A stretch of 64,000 nt of DNA from Chloroflexota bacterium (GTDB lineage Bacteria; Chloroflexota; Dehalococcoidia; Lucifugimonadales; UBA3495), in NCBI GenBank assembly GCA_027623675.1, contig JAQBVF010000019.1, positions 1 to 64,000 of the forward strand, read 5' to 3'. The notes beneath the pieces are model-generated. The model worked only from the letters and a program-made list of their open reading frames with translations, searched no databases and was not told where the DNA came from. Below are positions 10,051 through 20,819 of the stretch, piece by piece. The translations under genes and the position numbers were made by a program. The stretch's first letter is position 1. Every line of letters starts with the position of its first letter.

Positions 10051-11373
10051 ATGGCCAACGCCCCCAAAGACGACCCTAAAAAAGACCCCAGAGAAGCCCC
10101 CCGGCAAAAACCTGGGCTATCGCTGGGCCAAAACGCCCCGTTCCCCAGCAGGTACCGGTTCGTGATGGCGGCCCTGGTGCTAGCCGGGCACCTTTCCGTG
10201 GGACTAAACATCTTCCCGGTCTCGCCCATCCTGCCGCTAGCCATCGACGACTTTGACATCAACCGGACGACCGCCGGTCTGCTGGTGTCATTGCCGCTCC
10301 TGGCGGCCGCAGTCCTGGGACTGCCCAGCGGCATGCTCATCGCGCGCATCGGAATCCGGCGGGCGTTCATCATTGGGTGGACCGCCGTGGCGCTGGCGTC
10401 TTTCTCGGGTTTGGCGCCAAATTTCATCAGCCTCTTACTGATCAGATCGGGGGTTGGACTGGGGTTCGCGTTCATCATTACGGCCACCGGGCCGCTGCTG
10501 ATGCAATGGTTCCGGCCCAAAGAGGTATTGGTGATGAACGCCGTCACCACCGCCGCGCTCAGTCTGGGCATCGCTTTGTCCGTGGCCACTGCCGCGCCGC
10601 TAGCCAAGGTGATGGACTGGCAGTGGGCGCTGACTATGTTTGCCCTGCCGGCGATCGCCGGACTGGCCGCCTGGCTTCTGTTTGCCAGAACGGCTGACGG
10701 CCAGACCGCCAGTTCCGGTCGAGAGGCTAGCTCCGGGTCCCGGCGGGGAATCAGCCTTTCAGAGGCGGCATCGGTGCTGCGCAACCGGTCGGTCGTGCTC
10801 CTGCTGGCCGCCGACGCCGGGATACTGGTCCAGTACGCGGCCTTCACCGGGTGGCTGCCCACCTTCTACAACGAAGACCGGGGTATTTCGCTCTCTCAGG
10901 CGGGGTTCATCACCGGCATACTGCCCTTGGTAGGCGTGTTCGCGGTCTTGGCCGGCGGAGTGGTGGCGCTGCGGGTGGACTCGCCCAAGACGCTCTTCGT
11001 GGCCTCGGGTCTGATGGCTGGACTCGGCGGATTGGGGGCATTTCTATTGCCGGGATTGGGCGGCATTTATCCGGCAGTGGTCATCTTGGGATTCGGCTCC
11101 TGGCTGTACGTGCCCACGCTGCTCACTCTGCCGATGCAGATGGCTGGGATGACCCCCGAGAGAGTGGCCGTCATCTGGGGTTCGCTGCTGACCTTCTCGG
11201 GGTTCGCCATGTTCATATCGCCCATCTTGGTCGGCGGGCTGCGCGACCTTACGGGGTCGTTCCTGCCGGGGTTGGCCATCTGCGCCGCCGCATCCTGGAC
11301 GTTGTTGCTGGCCGGCCTATTGCTGCCCGGCAGATCCCGCGCCAACCGTGCTGCGCCGCCGCGCCAAGATTGA
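10051..11373 (+). CDS. MFS transporter (CynX-like)
   Basis: About 12 hydrophobic segments, GWLPTFY. Confidence 0.85.
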   Translation: MANAPKDDPKKDPREAPRQKPGLSLGQNAPFPSRYRFVMAALVLAGHLSVGLNIFPVSPILPLAIDDFDINRTTAGLLVSLPLLAAAVLGLPSGMLIARIGIRRAFIIGWTAVALASFSGLAPNFISLLLIRSGVGLGFAFIITATGPLLMQWFRPKEVLVMNAVTTAALSLGIALSVATAAPLAKVMDWQWALTMFALPAIAGLAAWLLFARTADGQTASSGREASSGSRRGISLSEAASVLRNRSVVLLLAADAGILVQYAAFTGWLPTFYNEDRGISLSQAGFITGILPLVGVFAVLAGGVVALRVDSPKTLFVASGLMAGLGGLGAFLLPGLGGIYPAVVILGFGSWLYVPTLLTLPMQMAGMTPERVAVIWGSLLTFSGFAMFISPILVGGLRDLTGSFLPGLAICAAASWTLLLAGLLLPGRSRANRAAPPRQD

Positions 11374-11473
11374 CAAGCAAAAACGGGGCGCGTACCTTTG
11401 AGGCCATTCAACCGGACGATGCCCAAACAACACCGCCGGGCACGCCCAGATCCATCTGATTCAGGAGACGAAC

Positions 11474-12031
11474 ATGGCCAGAATACCAGCAGCCACCAGA
11501 GAGACCGTACCCAGCGACCAGACCGCCGAATTCGACCAGCTTCTTGCCGGCGCAGGTTCCGTGCCCTTGGTCGGACCCGGTTCGATTTTCTGGCACGTCC
11601 CCAAGGCCCAGCAAGCTGTCACGGCCTTGAACCAATACCTGCGCAACGATTCGTCATTGTCCAACAAGGTCTTGGAACTTACCATGCTGGTGACAGCCCG
11701 CGAGAATGACTGCATGTACGTCTGGAATGCCCATGCCGCCTCCGCCCGGGCCGCTGGTGTACCCGACGCCGTGGTTGACGCCCTCCGAGACCGCAAGGAA
11801 CTCCCCGCGCTGGCGCCCGACGAAGCGGCCGTCATCAACTACTGCCAGGAGTTTTACCGCACGCACCGGGTGAGCCGCGGCGCGTTCCAATCGGCCATCG
11901 AGCAGTTCGGCACTCAGGGCTTGGTCGAACTTTCGCTAGTCATGGGCAACTACGCCCTCATCGCGGTGGCGGTTAATTCCTTCGACTCCGAATTGCCGGC
12001 CAACCGCACTGAGCCGGTGCTGCCCGCCTGA
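11474..12031 (+). CDS. carboxymuconolactone decarboxylase (CMD) family protein
   Basis: ELTMLVTARENDCMYVWNAH motif; AGGAG RBS. Confidence 0.85.
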   Translation: MARIPAATRETVPSDQTAEFDQLLAGAGSVPLVGPGSIFWHVPKAQQAVTALNQYLRNDSSLSNKVLELTMLVTARENDCMYVWNAHAASARAAGVPDAVVDALRDRKELPALAPDEAAVINYCQEFYRTHRVSRGAFQSAIEQFGTQGLVELSLVMGNYALIAVAVNSFDSELPANRTEPVLPA

Positions 12032-12053
12032 TCCGGGCTGAGAGGGAAGAAAC

Positions 12054-13205
12054 ATGGCCGTTCACCCCTTCAAGATAGAGGTCCCAGACCCCGTCCTAGA
12101 CGACCTGAAAGCACGCCTGGAGCGCACCCGGTGGCCCGACGAACTACCGGGCACGGGTTGGGACTACGGGAGCAACCTGGATCACATCAAGGAGTTGGTC
12201 GAGTACTGGCGCACCGAGTTCGATTGGCGCGCCCAAGAGAGGCTGATCAACTCCTTCTCCCACTTCAAGACCGAGGTGGACGGCTTGGAGATCCACTACA
12301 TCCATGAGAAGGGCAAGGGGCCAAACCCTGTCCCGCTGGTCGTTACCCACGGCTGGCCGGGCACCTTCTTCGAGATGCACAAGATTATCCCCCTACTGAG
12401 CGACCCGGCCAGTCACGGCGGCGATCCGGGCGACGCCTTCGACGTGGTCGTGCCGTCCATGCCGGGCTACGGCTATTCCGGCCACGCCACCGAGCGCGGG
12501 TTGGACGTGCTGACCATCGGCGATATGTGGGCAAGGTTGATGTCGGAGAACCTGGGGTACGCTCGATTCGGGGCCCAGGGGGGCGACTGGGGCGCCAGCG
12601 TCACCGCCAAGCTGGGGTTTGCCCACGGCGACAAGGTAATCGGCATCCACTCGACCTCCGTCACCCGGCCCACGCCCTACCTGGGGCCTGGGTCACGTCC
12701 GCTGTCCGAGGTGGAGAAGGGGCTGCTGCAATCTCGGGAAGGCTGGCAGGCCGCCGAGGGTGGTTACGCCCATATCCAGGGCACCAAGCCCCAGACACTC
12801 TCCTACGGGCTGAACGACTCCCCGGCTGGGCTGGCCGCATGGATCGTGGAGAAGTACCGCACCTAGAGCGACTGCGGCGGCGATGTGGAGACGCGGTTCA
12901 CCAAGGATGAGCTGCTAACAACCATCATGATCTACTGGGTGACCCAGTCCATCGGGTCATCAACCAAGCTGTACTACGAGACGCTCCGCAAACCCTGGAA
13001 CCTGCAAGAGGGCGAGAGGATCCAGGCGGCCTGCGGCATCGCGGTGTTCCCAGGAGAGATCAGCATCCCGGTCCGGGAGTGGGCCGAGCGGTCGTACAAC
13101 GTGCAGCAGTGGACGGTCATGCCCAGCGGCGGACACTTCGCCGCTCTGGAGGAACCGGACCGGCTGGTGGAGGATATTCGAAACTTCTTCCGGCCCCTTA
13201 GGTGA
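12054..13205 (+). pseudogene. epoxide hydrolase (EHN plus alpha/beta hydrolase) with in-frame TAG at 12864-12866
   Basis: HGWP, QGGDWG, GGHFAALE; the two ORFs are in one frame: EKYRT*SDC. Confidence 0.8.
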
Positions 13206-13292
13206 CCCACCGCACCTGTTTACACCCTGATGCGACCCTGATGCGGTCCCACATATTCAAGCCCGTTCTCTCGGGCCGGTTGCCCCGCTGAC

Positions 13293-14568
13293 ATGAGGTT
13301 CCTAAGACACTCCCGGTTCACGCCCGACTGGCTATTCACCTACACGGCGGTGATGCTGGTGATGGGGGTTGCCGTTAACTGGGGCGCCGGATTCACCCAA
13401 TTCGCCCACAGTCTGACTTTGCCCTCCATGGAGGTCGATCTCAGCCTCTCCCACACCAAGGCCGGTTTCGTGGTGACTCTAACCGCCATGGTCCGCATGA
13501 CCAGCACCATCATCTCCGGCACCCTGGCGCCCCGCTACGGCAGCCGGTTCATCATCGGCGTTGGAACGGCAGGGGCGGGCGGCGCCATGATCCTTTTGGC
13601 CTCTGCCCAGTCCTATCCGCTGGCCCTGCTGTCGGCGGCTCTGATGGGCGTGGGCACTGGAATGGCCCTCACTCCCATGATGGGGCTGCTCACGGGTTGG
13701 TTCCAGGCCAGCGACCGGGGTCTGGCCGCGGGCCTGGCGGCCACGGGAGGCAGCTTCGCCTTCATCTTCGCCGGGGTGATCGTGCCGTGGCTGGTCGGCC
13801 GGGACGCTGACGACGGTTGGCGCAACGCCTGGGCGGTCTTTGGCGCGCTTAGCATCGCAATCGGGCTGGTCTCCCTGCTATTTCTGCGGGAGCGGCCCAG
13901 CGCACAGGCGGCAGGGGCGCCGGAGCCCAACGCGCCGGAACCCCAAAGTCAAAGACAGGGCGCTTGGCCCATCGCCGCCTACAAGAACCCCATGATCTGG
14001 CTGATAACCTTTCTGGCCTTCAACTCCGGCTGGTCGCAGAACATCTTCACTTCGTTCTTCGGCGTCTATCTGAACCAGGAGCATGGCATCAAGCCTGACC
14101 ACCGCCGGCCAACTGGTCATCTTGATCGGCGTCTTAAGCGTAACCAGCGGGGTATTCTGGGGGCGGCTGTCGGACCGGGTCAGCCGGGGACAGGGTTTCT
14201 TCTACTCTTTCTTGTTGCAGGGCGTGGCATTCGTGCTGATGGCGGCGTTTCCGGGGATGGTGAGCTTCGTGGTCGCCGCCGTTCTGCTGGGATTCACCCT
14301 GCGGGCCGCCTACACCATCTGTGCCGCCAGCGCCGGGGATTATGTGGCCGTTCAGTTCTCGGCCGCCGCCTTCGGGCTGATGTCGGTGGGAGCGGGCCTG
14401 GGCAGCGCCGTCTCGCCGACCGTGGGCGGGATGATTGCCGATAATCTCAGCATGAACTGGACCTTCGCCCTGGCCTCTTTAAGTTCGATAACTGGCATGG
14501 CCGGCGCGGTGGTCTTGGACAAACAGCCGAGGGTGCCGCGGGAGTCCGCGCCGACCACTGCCCATTGA
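13293..14568 (+). pseudogene. MFS transporter with +1 frameshift near 14091
   Basis: N-terminal half in ORF 13293, C-terminal half in ORF 14083-14568; deleting one A from GGCATCAAGCCTG rejoins them. Confidence 0.75.
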
Positions 14569-14622
14569 CCCGACACTGGAGTCGGTGCCGGTGATGGTGA
14601 CCGGAGACCGAGACCGGCAAGC

Positions 14623-15438
14623 TTAGACCTTGGGCCGCCAGGAGACCACCCGAGGCTCGAGCGGCACCGCGCCTTTGATCGTGAAACCCTGGTCTCCCTC
14701 GACCAAGATATCGGGCAGCAAACCCTGGAGACGCTCCATCTCGGGAGTATCAGGGGTTAGATAGAGACGGCGGGCCAGTTGCTGTCGGGCCGCATCCAGG
14801 CTCTTGAAGCCGCGGCCCCGCGTTACGTGCACCACCTCCACGTCCGGCTCGACGCCCAATTGGCCCAGCACCTCCAGAAACTCAGGCAGGCTGGGCAGAG
14901 GCAGGCGCGGCACGCCGTGGACCATCTCCCAGATGGGATAGACCTGCGACTGGGGTGGCGCTTGGTACAAGACGACCATCACCCTCCCGGCGTGTTCCTC
15001 AAGCTTCCGGACGAAAGCCTCGATCTCCTGGACGGTGTAGAGGACGTTGCAGCACAGGGCGGCGTCGGCTTTGGGCACCTGGGCATCCAGCCATTCCGCC
15101 TCCACCACCTCGACGTTGTCGACCTCAGATTCGTCGGCGACCTCCCGAAGCACCTGGCACATGGCAGGCGACGGCTCGACCGCGATGACCTTCTTGGCCT
15201 CAAGCGCCATGGGCAACGCGAACCGGCCGCCGCCCGCCCCGACGTCCAGAACAATCATCTGGGGAGTGATCTGCTCTCTTAGAAAGTTGACCAGCGGGTC
15301 ATCGGTGCGCCGGGGGTCGGCCCGGAATTGCGCCGCAAAGTTCGCCCACGAGTCGGCGGGCGGATCACCCTTGCGCACGCTCTCCGATTGGGCATGCTCC
15401 AGTTTGATCATCTCGGTCCAGCGTTCGGTTGCGCTCAT
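14623..15438 (-). CDS. class I SAM-dependent methyltransferase
   Basis: VLDVGAGGG motif I; GGAGGA RBS. Confidence 0.88.
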   Translation of the reverse strand: MSATERWTEMIKLEHAQSESVRKGDPPADSWANFAAQFRADPRRTDDPLVNFLREQITPQMIVLDVGAGGGRFALPMALEAKKVIAVEPSPAMCQVLREVADESEVDNVEVVEAEWLDAQVPKADAALCCNVLYTVQEIEAFVRKLEEHAGRVMVVLYQAPPQSQVYPIWEMVHGVPRLPLPSLPEFLEVLGQLGVEPDVEVVHVTRGRGFKSLDAARQQLARRLYLTPDTPEMERLQGLLPDILVEGDQGFTIKGAVPLEPRVVSWRPKV

Positions 15439-15509
15439 GTGTCCTCCCGCGGCGGCAGGTTCGGGCCCAATCTTATTTTCCCAGGACGATACGGGTAGAA
15501 TGTCCCTCA

Positions 15510-16811
15510 ATGAACACTCGCACACCAAGAAGCCTTTTGGCAATCACTCTCGCCGTCCCGGTATTGGCGCTGGCCCTTGCCTGCGGCGGGATTGGGGCAC
15601 AAGGAGCTACCACGCCATCCCGAAACACGGCTTCCGCGCCCACGGAGTCACCATCGGACTCGACGAGACCGCCCCAAGGCACGGAAACGCCGACGCTCCT
15701 GCCGATTGCCACTCCGCCCAAGGACCCGCATAACCCAACGGCGGCGCCCGATGCACTGACGTTAGAGCGGGTCTACGAAGACCTGGACTTCAGCCGGTTG
15801 ACCAACCTGGTGCAGACCGGCGACAAGTTGTTCGTGACCGAGCAAAAGGGCCGGATCATCTCTTTCCCCATCGGCCAGGAAGCTGCCCATGCCGACGTGT
15901 ACTTGGACATCCGGGACCGCGTGAGCGACGCCGGGAACGAGGAGGGCCTGCTGGGGTTGGCCTTCGACCCGGACTTCGATTCCAATGGTCACTTCTTCGT
16001 GTATTACTCGGCGGCGCAGCCTCGCCGGTCGGTGGTCTCGCGCTTCACGGCCAACGGGTCCATGGCTGACCCCGAAAGCGAGCTGGTGGTCATGGAGGTT
16101 CCCCAGCCGTTCCAGAACCACAACGGCGGCCAGATCGCCTTCGGCCCCGACGGCATGCTGTACATCGGACTGGGCGACGGCGGTTCGGGCGGCGACCCCC
16201 AGGGCAACGGCCAGGACCCATCCACCATGCTGGGGACGGTCCTGCGGATAGATGTTTCCGGAGTGGGTCCGGGCTCGGGTTACAGCGTCCCGCCCGGCAA
16301 CCCATTCGTGGGCAACGCCGACGCCAGGGGCGAGATATGGGCCTATGGGTTCCGGAATCCGTGGCGGTTCTCCTTCGACCGGCAGACCGGCGGCCTGTGG
16401 GTTGGGGACGTGGGCCAGAACAGCTTTGAAGAGATAAACCTGGTTTCGCCGGGCGGCAACTACGGCTGGAACACGCTGGAAGGCAGCCATTGTTTCTCGC
16501 CCCGCGCCGGCTGCGACCCCTCGGGCACGGAGTTTCCTGTCATAGAATACGGTTCGGACAAAGGATGCTCGGTTATCGGCGGGTACGTGTACCGGGGCGC
16601 AGACATCCCCTCCCTCGCCGGGACCTACCTCTACGGCGACTACTGCTCCGGTGAGGTGCACGGCTTTCGCTTCGAGCAGGGAAAGGCGGTTGCACGCTGG
16701 CTCCTGGTCGACTCCGGGGTCAATATCACCTCTTTCGGCGAGGATGCCCAGGGAGAGATATACGCCCTTTCCGAAGAGGGCCGCATCTACCGGCTGAAAG
16801 CCAACCACTGA
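15510..16811 (+). CDS. PQQ-dependent sugar dehydrogenase (GSDH family) lipoprotein
   Basis: LALAC lipobox, EEGLLGLAFDP, NHNGGQIAFGPDG, GFRNPWR. Confidence 0.9.
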   Translation: MNTRTPRSLLAITLAVPVLALALACGGIGAQGATTPSRNTASAPTESPSDSTRPPQGTETPTLLPIATPPKDPHNPTAAPDALTLERVYEDLDFSRLTNLVQTGDKLFVTEQKGRIISFPIGQEAAHADVYLDIRDRVSDAGNEEGLLGLAFDPDFDSNGHFFVYYSAAQPRRSVVSRFTANGSMADPESELVVMEVPQPFQNHNGGQIAFGPDGMLYIGLGDGGSGGDPQGNGQDPSTMLGTVLRIDVSGVGPGSGYSVPPGNPFVGNADARGEIWAYGFRNPWRFSFDRQTGGLWVGDVGQNSFEEINLVSPGGNYGWNTLEGSHCFSPRAGCDPSGTEFPVIEYGSDKGCSVIGGYVYRGADIPSLAGTYLYGDYCSGEVHGFRFEQGKAVARWLLVDSGVNITSFGEDAQGEIYALSEEGRIYRLKANH

Positions 16812-16926
16812 AAGCTGATTGTTGACCACTCAGCAGCTTGACTCTCCAGCTTGACACCCCCGCTTCCGCCGTGGTTTCCTTGGCCCCTACCAATGACCTG
16901 AATAGATACAACGATAGGGGGCGCAC

Positions 16927-17874
16927 ATGGCGGACAAACTGGTCGGAACAGCGGTCAAGGGCAGCACCATCGGAGAGGTCCAACGCAACATCCTGCGGGC
17001 CGAGGAGTTGGGCGTTCACGCCGCCTGGATGACCACCGGCGGGGCCAGCCTGGACAGCATCACCTGTTTCGCGGCAACCGCCGGCGCAACCAGCAGCATC
17101 AAGCTGGGCACATCCATCGTCCCGACCTACCCCCGCCACCCCCTGGTCACGGCGCAGCAGGCGCAGGTGGTCGCCCAACTGGCGCCGGGGCGTTTTCGAT
17201 TGGGCGTCGGCCCCAGCCACCGCCCCACCATCGAGTCCATGGGCATCCGGTTTGACGCTCCACTGGGCCATCTCAGAGAGTACCTGCGCATCCTGAAAGC
17301 CATCTTGCAGACCGGCTCGGTGGACTTCGGCGGCGAGCATTATTCGGCCCACGCCGCCATTCCGGGGCCACTGGACGTCCAGGTGATGGCCTCGGCCCTG
17401 CGGAAGGGCTCTTTCGAGCTCTGCGGCACGGAGGCCGACGGTGCGATAAGTTGGATCTGCCCGCGTAACTACCTGCGCGATGTTGCTATCCCCGCCATGG
17501 AGAAGGGCGCAAAGGAAGCGGGCCGGGCCACGCCGCCGCTCATCGCCCACGCTCCCATCTGCGTCCACGACAACCCGGAAGAGGTCCGCGCGGCGGTGCG
17601 TGCCCAGTTCGGCCACCCCGGGCTGCCCTTCTACCAGAACATGCTGATCGCCTCCGGTTTCCCGGAAGCCAAAGAGGGCCGGTGGAGCGACGCCATGATC
17701 GACGGCGTTGTCATCTGGGGCGACGAGGAAACCTGCGCCCAGAGCGTTCAGGAATTGTTTGCCATGGGCGCCACCGAAGTGCTGGCCTCGCCCATAACCG
17801 CCGGGCCCGACCCCGCCGCATCATTGGACCGGACCATGCAACTGCTGGGCCAGGCGGCGGCTGCAGCCCGGTAG
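16927..17874 (+). CDS. LLM class flavin/F420-dependent oxidoreductase
   Basis: LGTSIVPTYPRHP, LGVGPSH. Confidence 0.9.
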   Translation: MADKLVGTAVKGSTIGEVQRNILRAEELGVHAAWMTTGGASLDSITCFAATAGATSSIKLGTSIVPTYPRHPLVTAQQAQVVAQLAPGRFRLGVGPSHRPTIESMGIRFDAPLGHLREYLRILKAILQTGSVDFGGEHYSAHAAIPGPLDVQVMASALRKGSFELCGTEADGAISWICPRNYLRDVAIPAMEKGAKEAGRATPPLIAHAPICVHDNPEEVRAAVRAQFGHPGLPFYQNMLIASGFPEAKEGRWSDAMIDGVVIWGDEETCAQSVQELFAMGATEVLASPITAGPDPAASLDRTMQLLGQAAAAAR

Positions 17875-17976
17875 GTGGTCGCATGAGGTACCACGTCGCC
17901 AGACACCTGGCAAACCGGCCGATGCTGGTAAACTTGGCAGTGCGATAACCTTAATGGATGGTGTGTTAAGGGAGCC

Positions 17977-18396
17977 ATGAGAGCGGGACGCAAAAAAATC
18001 AACCAAGCGGGTGCCGTTGCATTCAGACCCACGCCAAACGGACCTGAGTTCCTGCTGGTAACGTCTAACGATGCAGCACGCTCTTGGATATTCCCCAAAG
18101 GACACATCGAACCTGGCGAAACGCCGGTCCAAGCCGCAGTCAGAGAGTTGGCGGAAGAAGCAGGGGTAACGGCAGCGCCCCTTGGTTCGCTCGGCGTACT
18201 AGAATTCAAATCTAAAGGTGAATGGGCAGTGGTGGAGTATTTCCTCTGCCGGTTTACCCGTTCAATTCCAACCACTGAAGGGCGCAGTGTCTCTTGGCTC
18301 CCCTACCGGGAAGCGAATGACGCCATCGTCCATGACGATGCCAAGTCCATCCTAAGATCCGCCATGAAGGAAGTCCAACTCAGCCATATCAACTAG
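17977..18396 (+). CDS. NUDIX hydrolase
   Basis: Nudix box GHIEPGETPVQAAVRELAEEAG. Confidence 0.92.
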   Translation: MRAGRKKINQAGAVAFRPTPNGPEFLLVTSNDAARSWIFPKGHIEPGETPVQAAVRELAEEAGVTAAPLGSLGVLEFKSKGEWAVVEYFLCRFTRSIPTTEGRSVSWLPYREANDAIVHDDAKSILRSAMKEVQLSHIN

Positions 18397-18408
18397 GTTT
18401 GGATAGGC

Positions 18409-19218
18409 ATGAAGACTACAGAGTTGTTCGTCGAGCAGGTTCTGATTGGTTTCTTGGCATTGTTGCCGGTAGCGATCCTTTTTCACGATTGGTTTCTCGA
18501 CGTGATTCCATTCGAGGATTCTCGTGTTTTCGTTCAATTCGCTATCGGAGCGATCGGTCTCGGCGGCGCGTATCTGGTTGGCATCGTATATGACCGTTGT
18601 GCGGACACGATGTTTGGCGAACTCGAGCGATTCAAGAGGATCACGTTTCTCCAGGGAAGAAATCTTATCTCTGATTCAACCGTTGATCCTTTTCCAGAAG
18701 AGCAGTACCGGATACAAGTTCTAAAGAGTGAAGCAGCCTCAAGTTATATGGATTACCTCAGGTCGAGAATCCGTCTGACGCGAGCTTTGGCGACAATATT
18801 GCCCGCGCTCACTTTTTCGATCGTTCTGATTCAGATTCGAGATGAATCCTTGGATTGGGTATGGTTCGCATCGCTGATTCTGCTCGGCTCGGTTTACTCG
18901 TTTTCGATCCTGGCCAAAGTTCAGGCGCCTGGGTTTCGAAGATTTAGCGGGCATCGGCCTTTCCGCACAGATCGGGCTCAGGCATATCTATCAACAAAGC
19001 GTAGTTTATCGTGGTTTGCATTTCGTGAGCTGCAAACGTGGCTGTTCTTGGTCTTATACATAGGGTCGATTGGGGCTTCACTGGCAAGTGGAATGTACGT
19101 TTATGTAGCCTGGGCCAGCGCGGGGTTCGCCCTATGTCTGCTAGTCACTTGGTCTTGGTGGCGAATAACCAATACCTTCATGTCATTTGTTGAAGATTTT
19201 GCCAGATTTTATGAATGA
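18409..19218 (+). CDS. multi-pass membrane hypothetical protein (AT-richer than flanks)
   Basis: 269 aa, about 6 hydrophobic segments, 12 nt after the NUDIX stop. Confidence 0.8.
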   Translation: MKTTELFVEQVLIGFLALLPVAILFHDWFLDVIPFEDSRVFVQFAIGAIGLGGAYLVGIVYDRCADTMFGELERFKRITFLQGRNLISDSTVDPFPEEQYRIQVLKSEAASSYMDYLRSRIRLTRALATILPALTFSIVLIQIRDESLDWVWFASLILLGSVYSFSILAKVQAPGFRRFSGHRPFRTDRAQAYLSTKRSLSWFAFRELQTWLFLVLYIGSIGASLASGMYVYVAWASAGFALCLLVTWSWWRITNTFMSFVEDFARFYE

Positions 19219-19236
19219 TTACCGCCGCAGGGTCGC

Positions 19237-19281
19237 CGCCTGAGCGAGGACCCCAACCGGTCGGTCATCCTGCTTGAGGCC
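19237..19281 (+). pseudogene. remnant of a GMC oxidoreductase N-terminus
   Basis: Translates RLSEDPNRSVILLEA, the segment that follows the FAD-binding motif of GMC enzymes. Confidence 0.6.
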
Positions 19282-19460
19282 CCATCTTACCTGCGCCCAA
19301 CGTGGCCACCACCCAGCGCACGTCCGGCGCTGGAGCGATAATGAAAAGACCGTGGTCAGGGGCGACGTTCATCCGAGAACGGACGGGAATCCTGATATAC
19401 TGGCGTCCAATTTGATGCTGGGCTGGGCCGGGGGTCAAAAAGCATTACGGAGCAGAGAAT

Positions 19461-19937
19461 ATGGGAATCTTGAACGACGACATGAAGCGGGTGGTCCGGC
19501 AGCAGCGCATGGGGTTCATCGCCACCGTGTGCGCCGACGGCACCCCCAACCTCTCGCCTAAGGGCACGGCCACGGTCTGGGACGACGACCATCTGGTCTT
19601 CGCCAACCTGGGCTCGCCGATGACCATCGAGAACCTGGCCCACAACCCAGCCTGCGAGATGAACATCGTGGACACCTTCCTGCGCAAGGGCTACCGGTTC
19701 AAGGGCACCGCCGAGTTGCTGACCAGCGGCGACCTATTTGAGGAGATCAAAGACGCCTACACCACCGGCAGCCGCGGCATACAGCGCTCGGGGATACCAG
19801 CCAAGGGCTATGTGCTGATGACCGTGACCAAGACCGCGCCGCTGGTGTCTCCCGGCTACACCCCCGGCAAGACCGAAGCCGATATGCGGGAGGAGTGGAC
19901 CGGCTATTGGGCCGGAGTGCAGGAAGCAAACACCTAG
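19461..19937 (+). CDS. pyridoxamine 5'-phosphate oxidase family protein
   Basis: FIATVCADGTPNLSPKG, RKGYRFKG. Confidence 0.88.
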   Translation: MGILNDDMKRVVRQQRMGFIATVCADGTPNLSPKGTATVWDDDHLVFANLGSPMTIENLAHNPACEMNIVDTFLRKGYRFKGTAELLTSGDLFEEIKDAYTTGSRGIQRSGIPAKGYVLMTVTKTAPLVSPGYTPGKTEADMREEWTGYWAGVQEANT

Positions 19938-20037
19938 GATCCAGTCCCACCTGGACCGCGTCCGGACCCGGCGCGGCGCATCCAAGTACCTGGCCCAATC
20001 GCCATTCGATCCATTAGCTGGGAATAGGAGTCCAACC

Positions 20038-20592
20038 ATGTCCTGGATAGAAGAAGTCTCAACCGAACTTCCCCCGGTGATCGCGTGCATGTCTATCAAC
20101 AAATCGGCTATGGAAGCGGTGCAGAACCTGAATTCCTCCATCACCTTCGGCGCTTCCGCGTTGACCAGGGTCCAGGAGGAGGCCATCGCCACCGTTGTAT
20201 CCACCACCAACCGGTGCCGTTATTGAGCCTTGGCCCACGGAGGGTTCCTCCGTCAGCATTCCGGTGACGCCGAATTCGACAATCACATCATGCACGACTA
20301 CACCCAGGCCGCCCTGGACGACCAGACCAGGGGCATATTAGATTTCGCGGTCAAGCTCACCGAGGACCCGTCGGGCAGCAAGAAAGCGGACCTGGAGCAT
20401 CTGCGCAGTCTGGGCCTAAGCGAGCAGCAGATACTTTCCACGGTCCTGATCACCTGCGTGTTCAACTTCATGAACCGGCTGGCCGACGGCCTAGGCGTGG
20501 AGATGCCGGACAACCGGGTGGAAGCCGCCAAACGGTGGCTGTCGGCCGACGCCCAGGCCATGGACTGGCTGATGACCCCCAAAGAACGCTAG
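20038..20592 (+). CDS. AhpD-like/CMD peroxidase-related selenoprotein (CxxU, TGA at 20224-20226)
   Basis: EAIATVVSTTNRCRY[TGA]ALAHG continues in frame to FNFMNRLADGLG; hairpin at 20237-20253. Confidence 0.88.
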
Positions 20593-20744
20593 CCGGCGCG
20601 CCGATGCGATCCGGTCACTTGGCGCCCCGACAAGCTCGATACCTGGCAGCCGCGAGATCGCAGGGCGTGAATGACCAGACTGGGCAGTCAGGTCAGACCC
20701 CAGCCGCCGTTCAGCCTCAAATTTTGCTATAATCCAAGCCTCGA

Positions 20745-20819
20745 GCGGGCGTAACTCAGGGGTAGAGTGCTTGCTTCCCAAGCAAGATGTCGTGGGTTCA
20801 AATCCCATCGCCCGCTCCA
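20745..20819 (+). tRNA. tRNA-Gly(CCC)
   Basis: GCGGGCG/CGCCCGC acceptor, CTTGC-TTCCCAA-GCAAG anticodon arm, CCA; upstream TGCTATAAT extended -10. Confidence 0.96.
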
